Shown one piece after another: positions 53,135 through 64,000 of a stretch of DNA of 64,000 nt. Origin of the DNA: Octopus vulgaris (lineage: Eukaryota); NCBI GenBank assembly GCA_951406725.2, contig OX597828.1:40362001-40426000 (forward strand), read 5' to 3'. A model generated the notes under the pieces. The model did no database searches, was not told the origin of the DNA, and was given only the letters and a program-made list of their open reading frames with translations. Both the position numbers and the translations under genes were made by a program. Each line of letters starts with the position of its first letter. Position 1 is the stretch's first letter.

Positions 53135-53330
53135 AATCTAATTGTATTTACTAGCTGTAATCTAAAGTAGTATCTGGAAGTTATAATGTAGTGGTATCTA
53201 ACAGCTTTAATTTAAAATGGATCCAAATAACTATAATCCAGCGGTATCCAATAGCTGTGTTCTAGTAACATCCACTTGCTGTAATCTAAAGTAGTACCTA
53301 ATAGCTGTGATCTAGTGTGGTACCTAGAAC
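53135..53330. repeat. Degenerate tandem repeat of about 24 bp (host of the SINE insertion)
   Basis: Recurrent atagctgtaatcta..gtggtatc units. Confidence 0.55.
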
Positions 53331-53843
53331 TAGGCTCATGATCCTCCTTTTCCAAAACTGGCAGTAAGAAGGGTTAGAGTGCAGATCCAAATGCTCGCAA
53401 AAGAACATACTGCTAAAAGGTACCCAAAAGAACATATAGTGGTGTTAAACAGGGTGATGCATTTAATAGCAGACTTTTCAATAGACTTCCATACAGTTTG
53501 GTCACAGAAATTGTGCTAACAAAGCTTCGGTTCAATAGAGGCTATGGTAGAAGACACATGCCAAGCTGACACACAGTAGGACAGAACCCCAAACCATTTA
53601 GTTTCAACAGAATTTTTCTCAACTCACAAAACTATAATGCTTATAGTCAACGATTCTAAAATGTTATTTTATCTTTCAACTTGACTATAACCGATGTTGG
53701 TGTGCTTATGTCCCCACAACTTAGCAGTTTGGCAAAAGAGACTGACAGAACAAGTCCTGACTAAAGGCGGTGCTCCAGCATGGTTGCAGTCAAATGACTG
53801 AAACAAGTAAAAGAAGATATATATATATATACATGTGTGTGTG

Positions 53844-54060
53844 TATGGGGGTGGTTGCTGAAAAGCCCCAGGTTTTAAGGGTATCGCGAAAGGCCTGGTT
53901 AGAGGCCCAACCTTCTGAGTTCTTTTATAGGGCTTAGAAAAACTGAAGGACTGTTGCAATAAGTGTGTGGATTTGAGAGGGGAATATGTTGAATAAAATC
54001 ATAATTAACTGTCCTCCTGTATTTTCTTTTACTCAAAGCCAGGAACTTTTCAGCATCTTT

Positions 54061-54063
<3 letters not shown>
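53844..54063. mobile_element. Mariner-derived MITE (decayed)
   Basis: Ends ta..gttgctgaaaagccccagg and aaagccaggaacttttcagcatctttgta. Confidence 0.6.
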
Positions 54064-54285
<222 letters not shown>

Positions 54286-55218
54286 ATATTTTGATGTCAT
54301 AAAAATTTATAAACTTCAAGAGAATGTAAAATGATTTGTTTTTGGAACAGTAAAACTCGTAGAACTCGTCGGATAGAAGAAGTTGAAGGCTGCCCACATG
54401 ACAATGGTAGAATGTCTGTCATGTTTGATAGAAGATGTAGGATACTGTCTCATAGACAGTCTTTTTTTTTTTTTTGACTTTTTCTATTCAAAGGGTTTCT
54501 TTTAACCCAATGTTTACATGCTTTTATTCATAGTTTTATCTGCTTCGAGTTTCACTGTACATATACATGTTGAAGATAAGATTCATAGATGCACCAAATA
54601 AGGTGTAAACAGAGCAAAAATATATCAACGGAAAAAAATCCATACAAAGTTGATGCCACAACAAAATATCCAAGGTTCCCCCTTCAAAGTGTATGTTTAC
54701 AACCAACCAAAGAACCCAGTCATAACCCACAGTCTCTCTGAATACATACAAAACACGTCAATTCCAAAATATAAAATCAAGAAACCAATTTAAGGAGTGA
54801 AGTTATTTTACTGTATCAATCCTAAATCATAGCATCTACCGAAGACTAAAGATATGACAGAGTTGATTTATCACCATAAAGGCAAAGATTCTTATTTACT
54901 CTTGTGGAAAAACTAGTCTTGGGTGGAACTGCCTTCCATCCCACAATGACTTCATTGGAAAATAATATAATATAGTGGCATTTCAAGGCAGCAAGCTGGC
55001 AGAATCGTTAGCATGCTGGCACATGGCCAGCAAATTTGGGGCAGGAGTAAGTTAATTATATCGTCCCTTAGTGTTCAACTGTAACTTATCTTATCGGCCT
55101 TGGAAAGATGAAAAGCAAAGTCAACCTCGGTAGAATTTGAAATCAGAATGTAAGGATGAACAAAATATCACTAAGCATTTTGTCCAGTGTTCTAACAATT
55201 CTGCCAGCACACCACAAT

Positions 55219-55252
<34 letters not shown>

Positions 55253-55393
55253 TAAGGTTGTCCCAAAAGTTCGTAGAAAGTCTTGGAAAATAACGGTCTT
55301 TATTTTGAGGAATAATTTTTGTTGTTTTTGTTAGTACTTGGCGAGTAAAAATTCAATTTTCGCAAGTGTTTACGAACTTTTGGGACAACCTAA
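55253..55393. mobile_element. Mariner-type MITE inserted in a (TAA)n tract
   Basis: TA|TAAGGTTGTCCCAAAAGTTCGTA...TACGAACTTTTGGGACAACCTAA|TA. Confidence 0.88.
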
Positions 55394-55637
55394 TAATAAT
55401 AATAATAATAATCCTTTCTATTATAGGCACAAAGCCTGAAATTAATAACAGTTTCAAATTTTGGCACATGAAACCAGCAATTTCAGGGGCAGGAGTAAGT
55501 TGATTACATCAACCTAATGCTTAACTGGTAATTATTTTATTGACCCTGAAAGGATGAAAGGCAAAGTCGACCTCGGCAGAATTTGAACTCAAAACATAAA
55601 GATGAAAGGAATACCACAAAGCATTTTGCTGGTGTGC

Positions 55638-55674
<37 letters not shown>

Positions 55675-55843
55675 CCCCTCTAGTAAAGGCACAAGGCTTA
55701 GAATGTAGGGGGAAGGACTTGTTTCTAATATAGACACAAGCCAGAACAGAAACATTGAGAGCAGTATCTGGCACTCTACTCTGTCTGTCTATTTGTCTAC
55801 CTGCCTGCCTGTCTCTATCTATCTATCTATCTATATATGTATA

Positions 55844-55876
<33 letters not shown>

Positions 55877-57869
55877 GCACACACACAAATACATACATAC
55901 ATACAAACAAACATATCAAAAGAGGCAATGATTTATCTGTCATAGGAAACATCCTTTCAGTTTGTATCACGATGGTGAATAAATAAGTTATTAAGTCTGT
56001 AAATGATACAATTCTGTATTTTGGGGGAAAAAATAGAGAAAAAGATTAGATAAATAACTGCTGTAAAAGAGACGTGCTCAAACTTGAAAATATTCTTATT
56101 AAAATGCGTAGTAGTGGTTCATTGTGATATATACACAGGAAAAGAGAGAATAAACAAAACAAAACAAAACAAAACAAAAAAAACAGATTAAAGAAAACAA
56201 CCCTTTTAGAGATTAAACATATAGAAAACACTCATGGCATAAAAATCTGCACCATGCACTGCAGTCATGGAATAGAAGGCAAGGCTACGTGCTGCAGTAT
56301 CCTGTGGGCCCATGGTCAATTTACAGAATTCCTCTTGATGATATGAATCTGATGCACATATTCAACCACAAGGTCATGTGACGTACACACAAATATATAT
56401 ATATATATATATATGCAAAAAATCCACTCCCCCACATATGATTTTCAGTGAAATAAGACTATTCTTTGACAGTTCTTAACTCTTAGAAATACTGGTGGCT
56501 CAACTTCTAATCTATTCTGTATTTTCCAGCATACAAGTCAAATTTTACAGATCAAAATTTATGACCAAATAAAACAGGTCAGCTATATACATCAAGACAG
56601 CTTTGGGAGGACCAACAATTTCATGCAAAGTGCAGCAGGATTTGGGAAGATAGTGAAGGTTTTTAATTGTTTACACTATTACATCAATTTGTATGCTGGA
56701 AATTATGGTAGAAGCACGCACACATATGCAACAACAGCAGGTGTTTCAAGACCATTTTCTTACTAAAGCAGACGTTAGTCTTGCAACTCCAATATAGTCT
56801 TCTCTGTTTTATCATCTCCCTTGTCCAGCTCATCTTAAGCCATGTCTTCTTCAATTTTTTCCTTTTCTTTCTTGCACATTCACTTCCATTACCTCTCTCT
56901 CACTCAAACACTTTTATTCTTCTTCAACACATGACCCAGTCATTTCATCCCATTTATCAACATCTATTGCTGGCTTTATACCCATGATTCTCCACAATTC
57001 CTCTTCCTGTTACACACACACACAGCAATACTCTGCTCATCTATCAAAACATTTTCTTATTTCCAACCTTCTCTGCAGTTTTTATATTTCATTAACCAGG
57101 TCTTCATCCCCAAAATCATAGCATTTCTAACATATGCAACATATAGTTTCAGTGATTCTTCCCTCCTCGTTAACACGCCACTTAGTTCCAAAACATTTTC
57201 CCTGGTACATCTCAATCCAATAACACACACACGGGTTTCATACATATACTGGTGACTCAACCAAAACTTCTGAGAAGTTACCGTAAGGTATATTATATCT
57301 GGTGTTGAAACTTCATTCCAGTTATATTTGTTCCAAAATACAGAGACATAATAAGGGATACAATCTCTGTTGATTGATAAACATTAAAAAAAAATAAACT
57401 TTCAAAATTCATTTATGTCCATACACACACACACACACATAAACACACATATTGCAAATCATAAAAAGGGAAATAAAGCAGCAATAATTACAAACACAAA
57501 TTGGTTCAGTGAATAATGAAACCAAAGAAAGCAATTTGGCAAACATATAGCAAACAGCATGGCACAGTTGATTTCTTTGATCAAAGAGATGCGGCATACG
57601 ATATAGAAAGACATCGATTAACTTTGGCAATTTATTTTATCAAAGTTCATATTAAAGTTTTGAAAAAAAAAAAAAGTTATAGATTACAGATCAATCAAAT
57701 AGTGGAAACGTGATAAATGAGCAGAAGAAAAATATTAGAGCACAGAAGAACCCAGAATGCAAAAAAAAAAAAAAGAACCAAAGTGGACACACTAAAATAC
57801 TGACAGTTAAAAGTAGATGACACTGTAAGTAAAGACAATTAGAAATAGGCAACACTATAGTTCCAATAG

Positions 57870-58278
57870 GTCAAAATAGATACACTAGAGACTAAAGTAG
57901 ACGTGTTGGATTTCAGATAGGACACACAAATCATATTAGAGTTCCTTGAAGTACAGATAGGGCACCGGATATATTAGAGTACAGATGAGACAGATCAGGT
58001 ATGTTGAAGTACAATTGAGACAGATTAAATATGGAGGAGTATATATATGTGGGACACATTGTATATGTTGGAGTACAGATGGGATACACCAGACATATTG
58101 GAGTACATAGGGGACACACCAGACATGTTGGAGTATATAGGGGACACACCAGGCATGTTGGAGTATATAGGGGACACACCAGGCATGTTGGAGTATATAG
58201 GGGACACACCAGACATGTTGAGTACATAGGGGACACACCAGACATGTTGGAGTACATAGGGGACACACCAGGCATGCT
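57870..58278. repeat. 30-bp minisatellite (gggacacaccagacatgttggagtacatag)
   Basis: About six to seven clean units at 58080-58278, progressively degenerate leftwards. Confidence 0.9.
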
Positions 58279-59201
58279 CTGAGAAACCAGACTACATAAG
58301 TAATAACACAAATTAAAACAAACAGTCAAGATTAAGTCTACTACACAACAGTATTGACTTACTTAAGAAAATAGTTCTCTTGCACTATTTTACTTTTCTT
58401 TTAATTAAAAGGAGGAGAGATACTTAAAACAGAGAATGTAGAATGTAAAATGTCCTAGAAATTAATTTATTAAAAAGAAAGAAAAGTTCTGGAAGGAGAT
58501 ACAATGCATTTGTGAAAGAAAAAAAAAAGAATAGAAAAAAAAAATAGACAACCACAACAACAACCATACTAACACCGACAACAACAACAACAATAGTAAT
58601 TCTATTTGACATATGTTATTCATATTTTTGTTAATTACACAGGTCAGCCTGGCTGCATCTGGCATCTTGCCAAAAATGTATGGTTAACAACAGTTCAATT
58701 AGAACAGCATATATATCTAAAGTGAAGCTGTTCACAGTTTGATAGGCCATTTCAAAAGAAAAAACATTGCTTATAGCTTTATTAACTGTATCATGTGTTT
58801 GTAAAAGCTTTGATGCAATTTAGATAAGACTTGGATTACAATTTACTTTACTCTTTCATCAGATTTATGCTTAATCTAATGTAATAGGAAAAGCTGAACA
58901 TTAAAAAGGAAATAGATTGAAACTGCCAACCACTTGTTGGATATAGATATTTTTTAAAAGGTTATTGTGAAAACATGTGCCTTTTGAAATATAGCTTTAT
59001 AAATACTATGTTCACATTTTAATGGAAGGAGAGATACAATCAAACTAAGAAATCAAGGACCTTTGCCAGTTGTAACTGAACAGATTTATCTGAACTAATG
59101 TTTGTTTAATTCCATGTTGATAAAAGGCTTGGTGGTCAAGTCATCAAAAATATTCAAATAAAACTATGATTTTGGCTGTTGCAAACATATAAAGTGTTTA
59201 A

Positions 59202-59422
59202 CCCTTTCGTTACTAACCCGGTTGAAACCGGCCCTAGCTCTGTAGTACAAATGTCTTGTTTTCATAAGTTTTGAATTAAAATCTTCCACCAAACCTTAGT
59301 CACAATTAATGTTCCTAACACTAACTTAATGATAACTAAGTTATTTTACTAAATTCTTTGTTATATTTAAAATAATTGAGAGAAAATCAGAGAATCTCAA
59401 AATAAATACAGTAATGAAAGGG
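59202..59422. mobile_element. piggyBac-type MITE
   Basis: TTAA|CCCTTTCGTTACT...AGTAATGAAAGGG|TTAA. Confidence 0.88.
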
Positions 59423-59932
59423 TTAAGACAACTGAAACCCCAAAACATGAGTCAATGCAGTGAAATGAAAGACTAATAATTCAATAGTAAAAATAATGGT
59501 AATTAATTTGAAGAATAAGTTATTTCAAGAAAGAAGAAAAACAAAAAAGGTCTTATCTAGATTTGAACTGCTAAACATGAAAAACCAGATCGGAAACCAT
59601 AAAACTATTTGTATTTGAAAAAAATTCTAATTTACTGAGAAAAGATAAACTTGTAAGCATCTTATCAAAGGAGCTGGCTATTACATTTATGTCTGTGATA
59701 AGGGTGACTAATTTATTAATTATCATTTAGAATATCAAGCACTCCCAAGACCGAGAAGTATGTCCAACTGCCATTAGTTCACTCTCCTCTCTAAACTAAT
59801 AGCTTGGTAACTAAACTTCTCTTCTCCACCTAGTGGCACAAAGATAGTCTAGATTTTAACTAAACATCCTTTCTGCCAAGTGCTATGAGGACAGCCTCTA
59901 TACCACTACTGGTATGATAGAATGCACCCTGT

Positions 59933-60321
59933 ATGGAAGTGCAATGGCCCAGTGGTTAGGGCAGCGGACTCGCAGTCATAGGATCGCGGTTTCGATTCCC
60001 AGACCGAGCGTTGTGAGTGTTTATTGAGCGAAAACACCTAAAAGCTCCACGAGGCTCCGGCAGGGGATGGTGGTGATCCCTGCTGTACTCTTTCACCACA
60101 ACTTTCTCTCATTCTTACTTCCTGTTTCTGTTGTACCTGTATTTCAAGGGGCCGGCCTTGTCACTCTCTGTGTCACGCTGAATATCCCCGAGAACTACGT
60201 TAAGGGTGCACGTGTCTGTGGAGTGCTCAGCCACTTACACGTTAATTTCATGAGCAGGCTGTTCCGTTGATTCAGATCAACCGGAACCCTTATCGTCGTA
60301 ACCGACAGAGTGCTTCCACCA
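59933..60321 (+). mobile_element. Young full-length tRNA-derived SINE, family C
   Basis: A-box TGGCCCAGTGG, B-box GGTTTCGATTCC; 14-bp target duplication AGAATGCACCCTGT at 59919-59932 and 60322-60335. Confidence 0.92.
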
Positions 60322-60561
60322 AGAATGCACCCTGTCTATGTTGTAAAAACAGTTTATGTCAGGAAGGCCATTCATTAAGAAACATCATGCCAAAATAATG
60401 GCACACAACAACAGCAGTGGCTGCTGCTTCTCAACTGTTCATCATAACAAATGATTAAAACGAACTGTGGCAAGTGGTGAGACAAGGGACTGCAGTGAAT
60501 GGAAAGATTAAGAACAACAGCAGATGATAAAATAAAACCACAAGGAGGCTAGGCACTTTAA

Positions 60562-60781
60562 CCCTTTAGTATTTAAACCGGCCATATCCGGCCAAAAGTA
60601 TTCTACCTGTTTTATGTTCAAACTGGCCAGATCCAGGCCCTCACACCTACCCTACAATGTTATTCTACATTAAGTAATTACACCATCAAGATCTTGAAGA
60701 TATGAGATAATGCATGATTAATTCAAATCAATGTGAATCAATAGGCATTATATTTGATAGAATAATCTGAACACTAAAGGG
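60562..60781. mobile_element. piggyBac-type MITE, second family
   Basis: TTAA|CCCTTTAGT...ACTAAAGGG|TTAA. Confidence 0.88.
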
Positions 60782-60864
60782 TTAAAATACATCCATCCCA
60801 TGCCAGCTGGGCAAAATGGACATAAAATGATGATGATGATTACTGTTATTATTATTATTTTTTA

Positions 60865-61490
60865 ACATAAGCACAAAGCTTATTTAGAATTTTGAGAGAG
60901 GAAACATTCAATTACATTAACCCCCTCGCCCCCAGTACTTTTATATAGATTCCTGAAGGATGGAAGGCAAAGCTGATCTCAGCAGAACTTTGAACTCAAA
61001 CTGTAAAGAAACTTAACTAAATACCACAAAGTATTACTGATTCTACCCATCAATAATGGTTTCAAATTTTGGCACAAGGCCAGCATTTTAAGGGGAAGGG
61101 GGCTAAGTCAATTACATCGACCCTCAGCAATCAGCCGGTACTTATTTTATTAACCCTGAAAGGATGAAGGGCAATGGCAACCTTGGTGGAATTTCATCTC
61201 AGGACATTAAGACACACAAAATACGGTTAAGCATTTTGCCCAGTGTGTTCAATCAATAATAGCAACAGTTCCTTCTCGCATGGGAACATGGTCAGAAAAT
61301 GTGAGAAGGGAGGCTGGGGGTAGACGATTACATCACTTCTAGTACTTGGCAAGTACATTATTTTATTGACCCACAAGAATGGAAGACAAAGTTGACCTCA
61401 GCAACATTTGGAAAGACAGAATTTAAAGAGCAAGACAAATACAATGAGACGTTTTAACCAGCATCCTAACAACTCTCAATCCACCACCCT
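60865..61490 (-). mobile_element. Three tandem decayed SINE family B copies
   Basis: Repeated cacaag..aattacat..ccctgaaaggatgaa..ggcaaag blocks. Confidence 0.7.
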
Positions 61491-61499
61491 ATCTGTGAC

Positions 61500-61790
61500 T
61501 ATGCATGTATGCGTGTAGCTATGTATGTGTTTGCATGTATTAGTGTGCGCGGTTGATGTATTAGTGTGCGCGTTTGATGTATTAGTGCACATTTGATGTG
61601 TTAGTGTGCGCCTCTATATTTGTTAGTGTACACATCTATGCGCTAGTGTACACATCTATGTGTTAGTGTGCATCTGCATGTAGTAGTTTGCACGTATTAG
61701 TGCGCGCGTTTGCATGTATTAATGCACACATCTATAGGTGTTAGCGTGTGTTTTTCTACGCATTAGTATGCACATCTGTATATGTTCATA
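61500..61790. repeat. Degenerate tandem repeat of about 20 bp (gtattagtgtgcgcgtttgat)
   Basis: Recurrent tattagtg(t/c) units grading into (TG)n. Confidence 0.75.
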
Positions 61791-62049
61791 TGTGTGTGTG
61801 TGTGTGTGTGTGTTTGTAAATATGTGTGTGTGTAAATGTGTGTTTGTATGTGTGTGTGTGTGTGTGTATGATATATATTAAAAAAAGCGGCAAAAAAGAA
61901 AAGTTCTATTTACAACAAAGTGAACAAATGATAAAACTCATGCAGAAAACAGGTTGAAAACTGAGAAACAAACAAAACAACTTAGCAAGGCAACAAATGT
62001 AAAGAGACAACAGCTCAATCCAAGCTACAAGGAGTTATAAATTCCATAC

Positions 62050-62094
62050 CACTGGGACAGAAAGTCCGACAGCTCCAGATCGGAAAGTTCTTCA
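62050..62094 (-). CDS. MICAL3: MICAL 45-nt exon (EELSDLELSDFLSQW)
   Basis: Very long pyrimidine tract ending tttccag, donor TG|gtatgg. Phase 2-2; TG plus G of exon 28040 gives Trp. GC-richer than its flanks. Confidence 0.72.
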
Positions 62095-62778
62095 CTGGAA
62101 ATTAATAGGAGAGAAAAAAAAATGATAACAAAGAAGGAAAAAAAAAAAATAAATGGAGAGATCAGGTTGATTAGAGCAACAGGAATGCCTGAGGTCTTTC
62201 CGAAAATATATAAGGAATGGAAAATGAATAAAGTATTAATGGGAGTGTTGGAATGGAGGCGATAGTTTTGGTTTTTGGTTTGTTTTTTTTTTTTAGTCAA
62301 AGGGTACATGCTTTCATAATGATAGACATAACAACACAGATACAAATGGGAGCAAAAATACAATTATCAGTCTAAACATTGAATTTTCATAAATTCAGTG
62401 TCAAAATATAGGAGGGAACACAAGAATACAAAAACATATTTTGCATAAAATTTATGGAAAAATAAAAATAAAAAAAATACAAAGAACAGTTCTTTTAAAT
62501 ACTTTTTAAATACTTAACCAACATTTGGTTACATAGAATTAATCTAACGGATAGTCTAACATGGGTAACATTTAATAAAGAGTTGAAGGAATGTAGGAAA
62601 AATAGTTTTTAAAGATCCTTTTTCTAAACTACAATTTAGCTAAGAGAGGTGGTGCAGTCTTTGGAGGCCATATTAGGCTGGTGAGATTAATGTTGGTTGA
62701 CATTCAGTTTGAACTACGGCTACATGGATGGTTTTGGTAAAAGTTTGTGTTGGGAGGGAACTCCTGATGGCTGCAGTT

Positions 62779-63110
62779 CAAGAAGAAGGAGAAGAAGAAG
62801 AAGAAGAAGAAGAAGAAGAAGAAGAAGAAGAAGAAGAAGAAGAAGAAGAAGAAGAAGAAGAGGGAAGAGGAGAAGAGGAAGAGGAGGGAAATGAGGAACA
62901 GGAGAAAGGGAAGGAGAAGTATAAGGGAAGGAAGAAGAGAAGGAAGAAGAGGAGAAAGGGAAGTGGCAGAAGAAAAGGAAGAAGAGTAGAAAAAGAGGAG
63001 GAGGAGGAGGAAGAGGAGAAAGAGAAGAGGCAAAAGAAAAGGAAAAAAGGAAGAAATGGAGGTGGAAGAAGAGAAAGGGAAGAGCCAGAAGAAAAGGAGG
63101 ATGAGGAGGA
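62779..63110. repeat. (GAA)n tract and polypurine run
   Basis: About 23 pure GAA units at 62791-62859, then roughly 250 bp of almost pure A/G. Confidence 0.95.
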
Positions 63111-63389
63111 TTGGGTCAGGTGGGCCCAACTGGAAAGAGCCTGCAATGATCCACCTCAGAGAAGTAAAACCTGTAAAGAAGGACAGAGAGGGGAAATTGT
63201 GAAAATTCTGCCTGCTGGTGATCTTAGCTTGCCATAACTTCCCCTTAAGTTAAACTGACAATGAATTAAGTCTGTCTCATCTTTTGATCCTATTACAACC
63301 TTTGCTGATCCAGCTCTGTCCTAGCCTTGTTGTTCTTCTACCAGCTGTGGTCTAGCCCATTACATCTCACTTTGCTTTCTTTGCATGCG

Positions 63390-63700
63390 AAGGTGCGTGG
63401 CTTAGTGGTTAAGGTACTCGGTTCACAGTTGTAAGTTCAATACATGGCAGTGCATTGTATCTTTGAGCAAGTCACTTATTTCATGTTACTTCAGTTCACT
63501 CAGCTGGTAAAAATGAGTTGTACCTATTTTTTGAAGGACCAGCTTTGTCATATTCTGTGTCACGCTGAATCTTCCTGAGAACTATGTTAAGGGTATGCAT
63601 GTCTGTGGAGTACTCAACCACCAGCACATTAATTTCACAAACAGGCTCTTCTGTTGATTGGATGAACTGGAACCTTTGTCATCAAAATCAACACAGTGCT
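63390..63700 (+). mobile_element. SINE of the same family as 34311-34630
   Basis: Head ggtgcgtggcttagtggtta, ttgagcaagtcactt core, 3' half shared with family C (tgtcacgctgaat..gtctgtggag). Confidence 0.78.
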
Positions 63701-64000
63701 GGTTTAATGATTTACTTACACCCACCCTCCATTCCTCCTTAAACTTACTTTTATGTAGTTATTATTCTTACAGAATCTCAAAATCTCATGAACCTTGCAC
63801 CAGGCCCCCAACTGTCCACTAAACAGAGACAGTGAAAACATTCTTCAACCTGGCTTCTTCCAATAGCACAAAGATAATTTGCTACATGGAGCAAAGAAAC
63901 AGTTTTGTCACTGTAGATTGCTACAAATAAATGCTATGCCTCTCTCACTCTGTTTCTATCTCCATATATATACATAGCAATACTAAACCTGGATCTCAAA

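Noticed and set aside
59933-60010. tRNA gene
   Set aside because: The tRNA-like head runs into a SINE body with target duplication; the same applies to the other heads.
62697-63237. Poly-Glu, poly-Arg, poly-Phe and poly-Ser ORFs
   Set aside because: Translations of the (GAA)n and polypurine tract.

Overview
AT-rich, microsatellite- and SINE-laden animal genomic DNA, not prokaryotic. The repeat families look like those of a coleoid cephalopod (Octopus-like); this is recognition, not a database result. The window lies inside one large minus-strand gene, a MICAL-family F-actin monooxygenase (MICAL3/Drosophila Mical-like), and covers its disordered middle region and the start of the C-terminal bMERB (DUF3585) Rab-binding coiled coil. 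I rebuilt a chain of GT-AG exons whose reading phases all match: 62094-62050 (45 nt), 28040-27847, an optional 30-nt exon at 27674-27645, 27160-26891, 18953-18773, a 3599-nt exon at 17962-14364, 12131-12067 and 11895-11718. The monooxygenase, CH and LIM exons and the rest of bMERB were not found and probably lie outside the window. The introns hold several tRNA-derived SINE families, decayed RTE and R4-clade LINEs, a Tc1/mariner transposase relic, MITEs, a non-autonomous Helitron, a HINE and Penelope-type hammerhead relics. Best leads: in-phase candidate alternative last exons that would replace half of bMERB (one with a hydrophobic tail), microexons with neural splicing motifs, a minimal hammerhead ribozyme, and intronic hairpins or inverted SINEs that could be ADAR substrates. 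I found no convincing wholly new system; all leads need RNA-seq or database checks.
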